Shown one piece after another: positions 39,275 to 51,164 of a stretch of DNA of 64,000 nucleotides. A program made the position numbers and the translations under genes. Each line of letters starts with the position of its first letter. Position 1 is the stretch's first letter. Source of the stretch: Mustelus asterias (Eukaryota); NCBI RefSeq assembly GCF_964213995.1, contig NC_135815.1:49786001-49850000 (forward strand), given 5' to 3'. The notes under the pieces are model-generated. The model saw only the letters and a program-made list of their open reading frames with translations, was not told the origin of the DNA and made no database searches.

Positions 39275-39583
39275 GTAAGGCTATCAGCTCTTTCCCCTAC
39301 CCCAGTCATTCCCCCATTCTCTCTAGTTTTATTTGTGCAGTTTCACTGACTTCCTTGTCCAGGTGAAACTGTAGTAATGTATCTGCTCATAAAGCAGATA
39401 CATGTGGTTATGCAACCCATGATTTTGTTGAGTTCATTGCAGTGCTTAGTAGATAGCATTAGGATAAAACCCTTGGTGTATGTTTCTTGCCTGAACTATA
39501 TTAATTGACTGAATTTTCAGAAAATATGCAAGCAATTAATAAAAATATTTATACAAGGTGCTAAAAATCAGTTCAAGTTTTAA

Positions 39584-39829
<246 letters not shown>

Positions 39830-40465
39830 TAAAGCTTATTATAATTAGCAAACTATTTATTTATTTGTTCTATTTTACATAGCCACTGACCTACATTCAC
39901 CGATTTATGACAGGAGTTAAGGAACAGATTGTAGATACTGCACTAAATGCATCAATGCTATGTTATGATGTCTCAGTAGAAGGCAAAATGATTAACAAAA
40001 TATTTTGTCTTTTATTTCCTTCAGTAGCAATAGAACAGAGACTTTGTTTGGCTTTTTCTTTCATCCCATTATAGTCTGTCTTTCCACCCAGTCAGTTTCT
40101 GATTTTGGTACTTTGTGCCCTCAAGTATGATTGGCACAGACTTGAATGTATCTTGACATTAACATCCTTGTTACATCTGGCTAGACCACATAAAACCCTA
40201 TAGGGCCTTGATGTCCACTGCCAAAACCACATACTTCAGGATTATCCTGGACTGTAAAAATAACTCCTTGTCTCTTTTTGTCACAAATACGATCTGCTTA
40301 AATTTCTCTCTTGTTCACGGCATTTTTATCTCCAAGAACAAGTACAACAAGCTTATGAGCTTCTTGTCACTGAGATTGATACCATCCATTCAGAAGCCTC
40401 TGCAGCACCCATCCTTTTCCCTTGCCCAACAAGTTAGTCATCCTCAATGGTTCTCCCCACTAAGT

Positions 40466-42820
40466 AAGAGTTTTAACAACACCAGGTTAAAATCCAACAG
40501 GTTTATTTGGTAGCAAATGCCATTAGCTTTCGGAGCGCTGCCCCTTCATCAGATGGAGTGGATATCTGCTCTCAAACAGGGCATACAGAGACACAAAATC
40601 AAGTGACAGAATACTGATTAGAATGCGAATCTCTACAGCCAACCAGGTCTTAAAGATACAGACAATGTGAGTGGAGGGAGCATTAAGCACAGGTTAAAGA
40701 GATGTGTATTGTCTCCAGACAGGACAGCCAGTGAGATTCTGCAAGTCCAGGAGGTAAGCTATGGGGGGTTACTGATAGTGCGACATAAACCCAAGATCCC
40801 GGTTTAGGCCGTCCTCATGTGTGCAGAACTTGGCTATCAGTTTCTGCTCAGCGACTCTGCGCTGTCGTGTGTCGTGAAGGCCGCCTTGGAGAATGCTTAC
40901 CCGAAGATCAGAGGCTGAATGCCCGTGACCGCTGAAGTGCTCCCCCACAGGAAGAGAACAGTCTTGCCTGGTGATTGTCGAGCGGTGTTCGTTCATCCGT
41001 TGTCGTAGCGTCTGCATGGTTTCCCCAATGTACCATGCCTTGGGACATCCTTTCCTGCAGCGTATCAGGTAGACAACGTTGGCCGAGTTGCAAGAGTAGG
41101 TACTGTGTACCTGGTAGATGGTGTTCTCACGTGAGATGATGGTATCCGTGTCGATGATCCGGCACGTCTTGCAGAGGTTGCTGTGCCAGGGTTGTGTGGT
41201 GTCATGGTCACTGTACTCCTGAAGGCTGGGTAGTTTGCTGCGGACAATGGTCTGTTTGAGGTTGTGCGGTTGTTTGAAGGCAAGAAGTGGGGGTGTGGGG
41301 ATGGCCTTGGCGAGATGTTCGTCTTCATCAATGACATGTTGAAGGCTCCGGAGGAGATGCTGTAGCTTCTCCGCTCTGGGGAAGTACTGGCCGATGAAGG
41401 GTACTCTGTCCACCGTGTCCCGTGTTTGTCTTCTGAGGAGGTCGGTGCGGTTTTTCGCTGTGGCGCGTCGGAACTGTCGATCGATGAGTCAAGCGCCATA
41501 TCCTGTTCTTATGAGAGCATCTTTCAGCATCTGGAGGTGTCTGTTGCGATCCTCCTCATCCGAGCAGATCCTGTGTATACGGAGGGCTTGTCCGTAAGGG
41601 ATGGCTTCTTTAATGTGTTTAGGGTGGAAGCTGGAGAAGCGGAGCATCGTGAGGTTATCCGTGGGCTTGCGGTACAGTGAGGTGCTGAAGTGATCGTCCT
41701 TAATGGAGATGCATGTGTCCAAGAATGCAACCGATTCCGGAGAGTAGTCCATGGTGAGTCTGATGGTGGGATGGAACTTGTTGATGTCATCATATAGTTG
41801 TTTCAGTGATTGTTCACCATGAGTCCAAAGGAAGAAAATGTCATCGATGTATCTAGTGTATAGCATCAGTTGAAGGTCCTGTGCGGTGAAGAAGTCTTGT
41901 TTGAACCTGTGCATGAAGGTGTTGGCATGTTGAGGTGCGAATTTGGTCCCCATGGCTGTTCCGTGTGTCTGGATGAAGAACTGGTTGTTGAAAGTGAAGA
42001 CATTGTGGTCCAGGATGAAGCGGATGAGTTGTAAAATTGCATCTAGAAACAGGCAGTTGTCGGCATTGAGTACTGAGGCCGTTGCAGCAATGCCATCATC
42101 GTGGGGGATGCTGGTGTAGAGTGCCGAGACGTCCATTGTGGCGAGGAGTGCTCCTGGTTCAACTGCTCCATGTGTGCTGAGTTTCTGTAGGAAGTCCGTA
42201 GTGTCGCGACAAAAGCTGGGGGTTCTTTGTACAATGGGTTTCAGGATGCTCTCGACATAGCCGGAGAGGGTCCCATTGCCCGATACGATGGGACGGCCGG
42301 GTGTGTTTGCCTTGTGTATCTTCGGAAGGCAGTAGAGATCTCCAACGTGGGATGAGAGCACGGAGGGTGCTCTGAAGGTCCGGATCAAAGGTCTTGATCA
42401 GAGTGTTGAGTTGATGGGTGTGTTCTTTGGTCGGATCTGTGGGTAACTGTCTGTAGTGTTCCTCGTTGTTCAGTTGTCGGTACACTTCTTTGCAGTAATC
42501 CGTTCTGTTCAGTATGACGATTGCTTCTCCTTTGTCTACTGGTTTGATGACAATGTTGCGGTTGGTCTTGAGAGCGTGGATGGCGTTGCGTCGTGCTTGG
42601 GTGATGTTCGGGGCTGTCTTGTGAGTGCAGCTGATGAATTTGATGTTGACGCACCTCCTGACGGCTTGGGCATACATGTCAAGTCGAGGGCAGCAGCCTT
42701 CCGGAGGAGTCCAATTCGACTCTTTCCTCTTCGGTTGCACTGCGGATCTCTCTGTCGGCTGTTCCGGTTCATTGGCTGTCTCATTGTGTTCGCTGTTGGC
42801 CTCTTGGGGTTTGTGGAAGA
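40466..42820 (-). mobile_element. Penelope-like retroelement (RT plus GIY-YIG endonuclease), 5'-truncated, 14-bp TSD
   Basis: RT motifs LPKIHK..PGRPIVS, GTAMGT, RYIDD (41489-42388); GIY-YIG NVVYLIRC..YIGET..RMNEH (40769-41413); TSD TCTCCCYACTAAGT at 40452-40465 and 42821-42834; a few stops and frameshifts. Confidence 0.95.
40520..40556 (-). ncRNA. Minimal hammerhead ribozyme motif in the Penelope 3' pLTR
   Basis: Minus strand CCAU-CUGAUGA-A-GGGGC AGC GCUCC-GAAA-GC-UA-AUGG. Confidence 0.8.
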
Positions 42821-43303
42821 TCTCCCTACTAAGTCCCAATCTCATATTTCTCCAGATTCTCTCTCGTCTCCTCTCATCTTCCCTGGGCTTGTCTTCTATA
42901 CAAGATGCAATGTCTCTCCATTTCCACCAAACCAGTGACCATCCAAATCGCTTCCTTGTCCCATGCTAGTTGATATAAATGATTACAACGACACTGTCCA
43001 CCTCCCTTTCAAATCTGTCATCATCACTCCTCAAAAAAAAACATCTACAACCACGCTTTATAATTACTACCCCATTACCAATCTCCCTTTCTTCTAAAAA
43101 TTCCATGACATATTACCAGCTCACAAATTTGTGATCATCTGTCCCACAAATCTATGTCTGAAACTCTCCAACTTGGCTTCTGGCCCTGCTACAGCACTGA
43201 AACAACCCAATTGACCACATTTCTCAATCTGGCGTTTGTACATTCCCCATTTATTCATCCTACTCTTACAGTAGGTGTCTTCAACTGTCTAGGCCCTCTG
43301 GAA

Positions 43304-43437
43304 TCAAAGCAAATTACTGTGGATGCTGGAATCTAAAACCAAAAGAGAATATGCTGGAAAATCTCAACAGGTCTAGCAGCATCTGTAAGGAGAGAAAAGA
43401 GCTGACGTTTCGAGTCCAGACGACCCTTTGTCAAAGC
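43304..43437 (-). mobile_element. 134-bp Penelope-type terminal fragment of a second family
   Basis: Imperfect 13-bp direct repeats AGGCCCTCTGGAA (43291-43303) and AGGCTCCCTGGAA (43438-43450); related partial copies near 9571-9625 and 59648-59723. Confidence 0.7.
43401..43437 (-). ncRNA. Minimal hammerhead ribozyme motif, U3-A8 core variant
   Basis: Minus strand GCU-UUGACAA-A-GGGUC GUCUG GACUC-GAAA-CG-UC-AGC; GUC cleavage triplet. Confidence 0.72.
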
Positions 43438-44206
43438 AGGCTCCCTGGAACTTTGTTCTCTGCTTCTCCATAATATTCTTCAAGCCTATCACTTTGATCA
43501 AGCTTTTAATCGCCCCTTGTAACATCCTTCTTGGGTTTCTGTACTCTTTTGTGAAGCATCTTGGGATGTCTAATAAAGGTGCTATGTGGTTGAAAGTTGT
43601 TGTTGCAGTTAGTGTCACCAAATCAAGCACTGTAGGGTTTTAAGGAGAAGGTCCACTTTTGCCTCTCAGGTCACCAGTGAGTGTACAATATAATTGTGCC
43701 TTTGCCAGCATCACTTCCATCCTGAGAACAAATTTTATAAAAGCAATGTGTAACAACTGTCCCTGGTGATGGTAGGCTGATGCACCTTGGGAGCAGAGTA
43801 TAAATAAATTCCGATCAACATGTCTCTACCATACTTAGCAGTATAATGGGAAGAATGCATTCATGTCCAGTGAGTAGGACTGTAGGAAAAATCTGGGGGT
43901 CTCAAGTATCAATTGATGGAATGAGACTTCCAGCTAAGCCAAACTTTAGCTCTCAGCTGCACACCCTCTGTAAAAACTTAGTATTAATCTTAGCAGCTAG
44001 TTGCTGAATGCTTAGTTATTCTGCATTAATTTACGATGACCCCTATACACCTCACAGACATTGAATGTTATAGATTATTCACAATTGATCAAAAGAAAGT
44101 GATTCTGCAACTTTAGATTTATTTGTTAAAAATCAGGTGAATTTGTGGAAAAGTTGTAACTAATTAAATAACTAATGTGCAAAATATTGTTGCTCAAGTT
44201 AGATAA

Positions 44207-44641
<435 letters not shown>

Positions 44642-45783
44642 TGAGACTCGTCCTGCAATAAAACTTGGGAGTACATCAGCAACAGCACTGAAAAGGCCCC
44701 TTCACTTGATCTGACGCCTTATGAAGTTGTGATCTGCATTGTGTTGAGTCACTGGGTACAAGTTGGCTGTTGCCAGGCCAGTGGAAGAGGATAGTTCGTG
44801 TGCCAGCCCGCTGGAAAATGAGATTGCAAATGAGTTCTGCTACAGAGGACTTGAGGGGGCAGCATACAGGAGAATGCTGATGAAAGTGCACACTGAGATA
44901 TTAGGTACACTGCATGGCCTGGCAGGCAGCTTCCTGTCACTGTCAAGAAGCATAGAGGAGCTTGGCTCTAAATTGGCAGAAGGCATCACATAGAGCTGCC
45001 CTCTTTGCATCCTCTGCTCCATCTTCCTGCTCCTGATCTAAAGGCATTGCAACTACTGCCCCCATATGTGTTGTAGCCGTTTTGTGGGACGGTCACCAAA
45101 TCCTCTGCCCTCCCTGCGAGGAGGCAGTAATACTTGCTGACAAATCCCAGAATTCACCACAATACCTCCAAAAATATTCAACAGTACTCAGAGACTTTAC
45201 AATAGCAGAAGTTATTCTAAATTGCCTCACCTGCAACTTGGGTGCCCAGTGCTTTAAATAACCCAAAAGCTAAATCCCTCATACAACTGAATGCATGTTC
45301 TTTAGTAATGACAAGCAAATATGTTGAATGAACCTACATGGTACAAATTTATCAAATCTATCAGTAGGGCTATTTGACATCATGACAATACTAGTTTGCT
45401 GGTTTCTGGTGCATTCACGGGATGCACATTTGAGTGCTTTTCCTAACATGGGCACTATACTAGAAGTAGCTGCAGGACATACAAATTATGAGCAGGAGTA
45501 GACCACTCAGCCCCTTGAGCCTGCTCGCCATTCAATAAGACTATGGCTGATCTGATTGTAACCTCACATTCTTACCTACCCACAATATCCTTTCACGCCC
45601 TTGTTTTTAAAGAACGTATCTAGCCCTGCCTTAAAAATATTCAAAGACTCTTTTACCACTGTTTTTTGAGGAAGAGTGTTCCAAAGACTTATGATCAGAG
45701 AAAAATATTCTCATCTTAAATGAATAGCTCATTTTTAAACAGTGACCCCTAGTTCTAGATTCTCCCACAAAAGGAAACATCCT

Positions 45784-46657
45784 TTTGATTTTGATTTGAT
45801 TTGTCACATGAAATTTTGTTTCTTGCGTGCTATACAGACAAAGCATGCTGTACGTAGAGGAGAGGGTGCAGAATGTTGTGTTACAGTCATAGCTAGCGAG
45901 TAGAGAAAGATCAACTTAATATGAGGTAGGTCCATTCAAAAGTCTGATGGCAGCAGGGAAGCTGTTGTAGCCGGTTGGTACGCGATCTCAGACTTTCGTA
46001 TCTTTTTCCCGACGGAAGAAGATGGAAGAGAGAATGTCTGGGGTGCGCGGGGTCCTTGATTATGCTGGCTGCCTTTCCGAGGCAGCAGGAAGTGTAGACA
46101 GAATCAATGGACAGGAGGCTGATTTGTGTGATGGGCTGGGCTTCGTTCACAACCCTTTGTAGTTTCATGTGGTCTTGGACAAATCAGCAGCCATACCAAG
46201 CTGTGATACAACCAGAAAGAATGCTTTCCATGGTGCATCTGTAGAAGTTGGAGAGAGTAGTAGCAGACATGCCAAATTTCCTGAGCCTCCTGACAAACTA
46301 GAGGCGTTGGTGGGCTTTCTTAACTATAGTGTCAGCATGGAGGGACCAGGAACAGGTTGTTGGTGATTTGGACATCTAGAAAGTTGAAGCTCTCGACCAT
46401 TTCCATTTCATCTCCATTGATGTAGGTAGGGACATGTCCTTCACTACGTTTCCTGAAGCCGATAACTATCCCCTTCATTTTGCTGATATTGAAGGGGAGA
46501 TTATTGTTGTTGCATCAGTTCACCAGATTCTCTATCTCTTTCTTGTACTCCGTCTCATCATTGTTTGAGATCTGACCCATCACGATGGTGTCATCAGCAA
46601 ACCTGAAAATCAAGTTGGAGGGGAATTTGGCCACATAGTTATAGGTGTAAAAGGAGT
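45784..46657 (-). mobile_element. 5'-truncated Rex1/Babar LINE
   Basis: (ATCAA)n tail on minus strand; KLQRVVNEAQ..KAASIIKDPAHP. Confidence 0.88.
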
Positions 46658-48937
46658 ACCCTGTCAAGACCCATCAGGATCTTAAAGGTATCAACCAAGT
46701 TGCCTCTTACTCTTCAAATTTCAGTGAATGCAGACCTAACCTTTCAAACCTCTACTCATAACACAACCCACCCATTCCTGGTATTAGTCTAGTAAACCTT
46801 CTCTGATCTGCTTCTAATGTATTTGCATCTTTCCTTAAATAAACTGATACCTTCCAGATGTAGTTTCGCCAATGCCCTGTAGAACTGAAGCATAACCTTC
46901 CTACTTTTGTAAAAAAATTCCCCTCACAATAAATGATAACATTCTATTAGCTTAATGTACCTGTATATTAGCCTTTTGTGATTCATGCACGACACCCAGA
47001 TTCCTCAGAATGCCAGACCTCTGTAATCTGTCACCACTAGATAATAAGTTTTTTTTATTCTTCCAACCAAAATGGAGAATTTCACATTTGCCTGTGTTAT
47101 ACTCCATTTGCCAGATCTTTACCCACTCACTTAATCTATGTCTCTTGTAACCTCCTTATGTCCTCTTCACAATCTACTTTTCTACCTGCCTTTGCATCGA
47201 CAACAAATTTAGCAACCATATTTGATTTGATTTATTGTCACATGTATTGGTATACACAGTGACAAGTTTGTTTCTTGTGCGCTATACAGACAAAGCATAG
47301 TATTCATAGAGAATGAAAGGAGAGGGTGTAGAATGTAGTGTTACAGTCATAGCTAGGGTGTAGAGAAAGATCAACTTAATATCAGATAAGTCCATTCAAA
47401 AGTCTGATGGCAGCAGGAAAGAAACTGTTGAGTCGGTTGGTACATGATCCCAGACTTTTGTATTCTTTTTCCCCCCCAACGGAAAAAGGCAGAAGAGTGT
47501 ATGTCCAGGCTGTATTGGGTCATCGATTATGCTGACTGCTTTTCTGAAGCAGCGGGAACTGTAGGCAGAGTCAATGGATGGGAGGCTGGTTTGCGTAATG
47601 GACTGGGCTACATTCACAACCCTTTGTAGTTTCTTGCAGTCTTGGTCAGAGCAGGAGCCATACCAAGCTGTGATACATCCAGGGATGATGCTTTCTATGG
47701 TGCATTTGTAAAAGCTGGTGAGAGTCATGACGGACATGCAGAATTTTTTTAGCCTCCTGAGTACGTAGAGGCATTGGTGGGCTCTCTTAACTATAGCGTT
47801 GGCATGGAGAGACCAGGACAGGTCGTTGGTGATCTGGACACCTAGAAACTTGAAGCTCTTGATCAATTCTACTTCATCCCCATTGATGTAGACAGGGGCA
47901 TGCTTCCTGAAGTCAATGACTATCTCCTTCATTTTGCTGACATTGAGGGAGAGATTGTCATTGCATCAGTTCACCAGATTCTCTCTCTCTCTTTCCTGTA
48001 CTCCATCTCATCATTACAAGATCTGACCAACTACAGTGGTGTAAACAGCAAATTTGAAAATAGAGTTGGAATAATTTGGCCCCACAGTCATAGGTTTATA
48101 AGGAGCATAGTAAGGGGCTGATGACACAGTACCCAGGGCACCAGTCTTGAGGAAAATTGTGGAGGTGTTGTTGCCTATCCTACTGACTTCGGTCTGTGGG
48201 TTAGGAAGTCTAGGATCCAGTTGCAGAGGGAGGAGCCGACCCCAAGGCCATGGAGTTTGGAGATGAGTTTTGTTGGAACAATGGTGTTGAAGACTGAGCT
48301 ATAGTCAATAAATAGGAGTCTGACATAAGTGTCTTTGTTATCCAGATGTTCCAGGGTTGAGTGTAGAAGCAGGGAGATGGTGTCTGCTGTGGACCTGTTA
48401 CGGTGGGCGAAATGCGCACTGTAGTGGATCCAGGCAATCTTGGAGGCCGGAATTGATCCATGCCATGACAAACCTTTCAAAGCACTTCATAATGATGGAT
48501 GTCAGAGCCACCGAGCGATAATCATTGAGGCACGCTGCCTGACCTTTCTTTGATACAGGGATGATGATCATCTTCTTGAAGCAGGGTAGGGACCTCAGAT
48601 CAGTATAAGGAGAGATTAAAGATATCTGTGAATACATCCGCCAGCTGGTTTGCGCAGGATCTGAGTGCCCGTCTGGGTACCCTATTGGGCCAGTCGCTTT
48701 CTGTGGATTGACTTTCAAGAGGGTTGATTTGACATCTGTGATGGTGACCTCCGATACTGGTTCAGCTGAGGCTTCTGAGGGGGGGTTAGGGTATAGTTTC
48801 CAGTTGGAAAACACACGGATTTGCTTCTTTTGCACAAAGTCTTCTACATCTTACTAATGAAGTCTGTTACTGTAGTAGCATACTCATTCAGGTTGGTCAC
48901 TGAATTCTTAAATATTGACCAGTCCACTGACTCGAAG

Positions 48938-49474
48938 TGTTGGCATTCTCTTGGGTAACAGTAATCCAAAGGCACACTCAGTTGACTCTTGACACAAACA
49001 GCGCTGGACACCATGCATCCAATGCAAGGTCTTTAATTACTTGTGCACAAGTAAATTGAATGACCGGAGCGATTGAGGTCACAGAGAAACAGCTCAGCAG
49101 TTATAGTCAATCACAGCAAATCAAGAACAAGAGATTTTTAACATCTTTCATTGACATACATATCCACCAATCACAGCATAGCCCTTTCTTATCCAATAGA
49201 AAACTAATCCTTCATTAGCATAATATGTCCCCATATCTTGCTATTTGGTAATTGCCATGGTAATTTGTTCTTTGTTTTCATCCTGCTGTCCTAACCTGGA
49301 ATGCCATGTTTATGGAACAAGGTTTTAGATACACTCGCTTATCCTGCGTACGTCAGTGTTGGCCTTACTGAAGGCCGTGTTCGACTAATAATAATTTTTC
49401 ATTACTTGACAGAGTTTTTTTTTTGACAATTATGGAACTTTAATTTTCACAATTGTTGTAACCTAACTTCCACA
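48938..49474 (-). mobile_element. Solo-LTR-like insertion within Rex1
   Basis: TGTTGG...CCACA termini, non-coding, flanked by a 37-bp direct duplication of host sequence. Confidence 0.65.
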
Positions 49475-50807
49475 CTTGAATTTTTAAATATTGACCAGTC
49501 CACTGATTCGAAGCAGCCCCATAGATCATCTGATTCCTCAGACCAACATTGCATGACTTTCTTTATCAGATTCTCCCATTTCAGTTTTTGCTTGTAAGCT
49601 GGCAACAAGAGCATAGCCTTGTGGTCTGATTTGCCAGGGTGTGGGCGGGCAATAGAGCGATAGGCATGTTTGGTGTTTGTGTAGCAGTGGTCTAGGATGT
49701 TTAGGCCTCTGGTGGAACAGGAGATGTGTTAATGGTTTCTTGGTAGGACATTCTTGAGTTTGGCCTGGTTGAAGTCCCCAGCCACACTGAACAAGGCCTC
49801 GGGAAGTTTCGTCTCAAGGCTACTAGTGGTATATGTATTATCCAGCGCCGTCTTCACCAACGCTTGGGGTGGGATGTAAACTGCTGTCAGGATAACAGAG
49901 GTGAACTCCCGCAGAAGGTAGTAGGGGCAGCATTTCAGTGTCAGGTATTCTAGGTCCGGTGGCGGGCAGAAACTCGCCAGTTTGCTATGTCTGGGCACCA
50001 AGAGGTGTTGACTAGAAGGCAGATCCCATTTCCCTATCTTTGTCGGAGGCCGCTGTACGGTCCAGTGGAATGAGAAGCCCTCCGGTTGTAGGGCACAGTC
50101 CAGTGAAACAGGAGTGAGCCATGTCTCCGTGAAGCAGAGCAGACATCAGTCTCTTGTTCCTTTTGAAAAAAGTGAGTCTGGCTTTAAGTTCATCTAGCTT
50201 GTTTTCCAGAGATTGGATATTTGCCAGGAGTAAGTTGGAGAGGGGGGTCTTGGGACCTATGTTGTTTCACTCTCACCTGCAGGCCTGCGTGTTTCCCACA
50301 CTTCCTGGAGTGGCTGCTTCTTTTCATGCCTGGGAGATGGTGAGAGTAGTATTCGGTATGAAGGGTATAAGTGTGTCCAGTGAGGTTCTTCGCTTTGGTC
50401 GGTGTGTGGGTAGAGGATTTGTTGCCATGGTCACGGTTCCTGCGTCGGCAGTTCGGTCTGCGCAGTCGGGTGTTTGGGTCGCCGTCAGGCTGTGGTTTGA
50501 TTTCGGAGGATGTTCATACCATGCTCCGGCATGGACAGGTCGAAGGTCAGCAAGTGGATGGGGTCTCTGGGGTTACGATAATGGATGAGCCAATGGCCAA
50601 GTCCACGTGATAGGGTCCTCTGGGTCACTGCTAGGTCGGGGGTCTTCCTTCAGAGGATCTCTAGACCTGCAAGTAAATTTAAAAGAGCGGTGTTAGTAAT
50701 CTTTAAGCAGTAGAAGCACAAGGTCGCAGCTCTCTGGGTCAGAGGAGTTGGAGGCCGGGGAGTGAAGGCCCCAGCTCCAGACTTGCTGCTCTGGCTGTTA
50801 GGATTGA

Positions 50808-51164
50808 CACAGTAAGAAGTCTCACAACACCAGGTTAAAGTCCAACAGGTTTATTTGGTAGCAAATACCATAAACTTTCGGAGCACAGCTCCTTCGTCAG
50901 ATGGAGTGGATATCTGTTCTCAAACAGTGCAAACAGACACAGAAATCAAATTACAGAATACTGATTAGAATGCAAATCTCTACAGCCAGCCAGGTCTTAA
51001 ATGTACAGACAATGTGGGTGGAGGTTAAAGAGATGTGTATTGTCTCCAGACAGAACAGCTAGTGAAATTCTGCAAGTCCAGGAGGCAAGCTGTGGGGGTT
51101 ACTGATAATGTGACATAAATCCAACATCCCGGTTTAGGCCGTCCTCATGTGTGCGGATCTTGGC
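50808..51164 (-). mobile_element. Penelope 3' fragment with 9-bp TSD
   Basis: Closely similar to 40466-40836; TAGGATTGA at 50799-50807 and 51165-51173. Confidence 0.9.
50868..50904 (-). ncRNA. Minimal hammerhead ribozyme motif
   Basis: Minus strand CCAU-CUGACGA-A-GGAGC UGU GCUCC-GAAA-GU-UU-AUGG. Confidence 0.7.
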
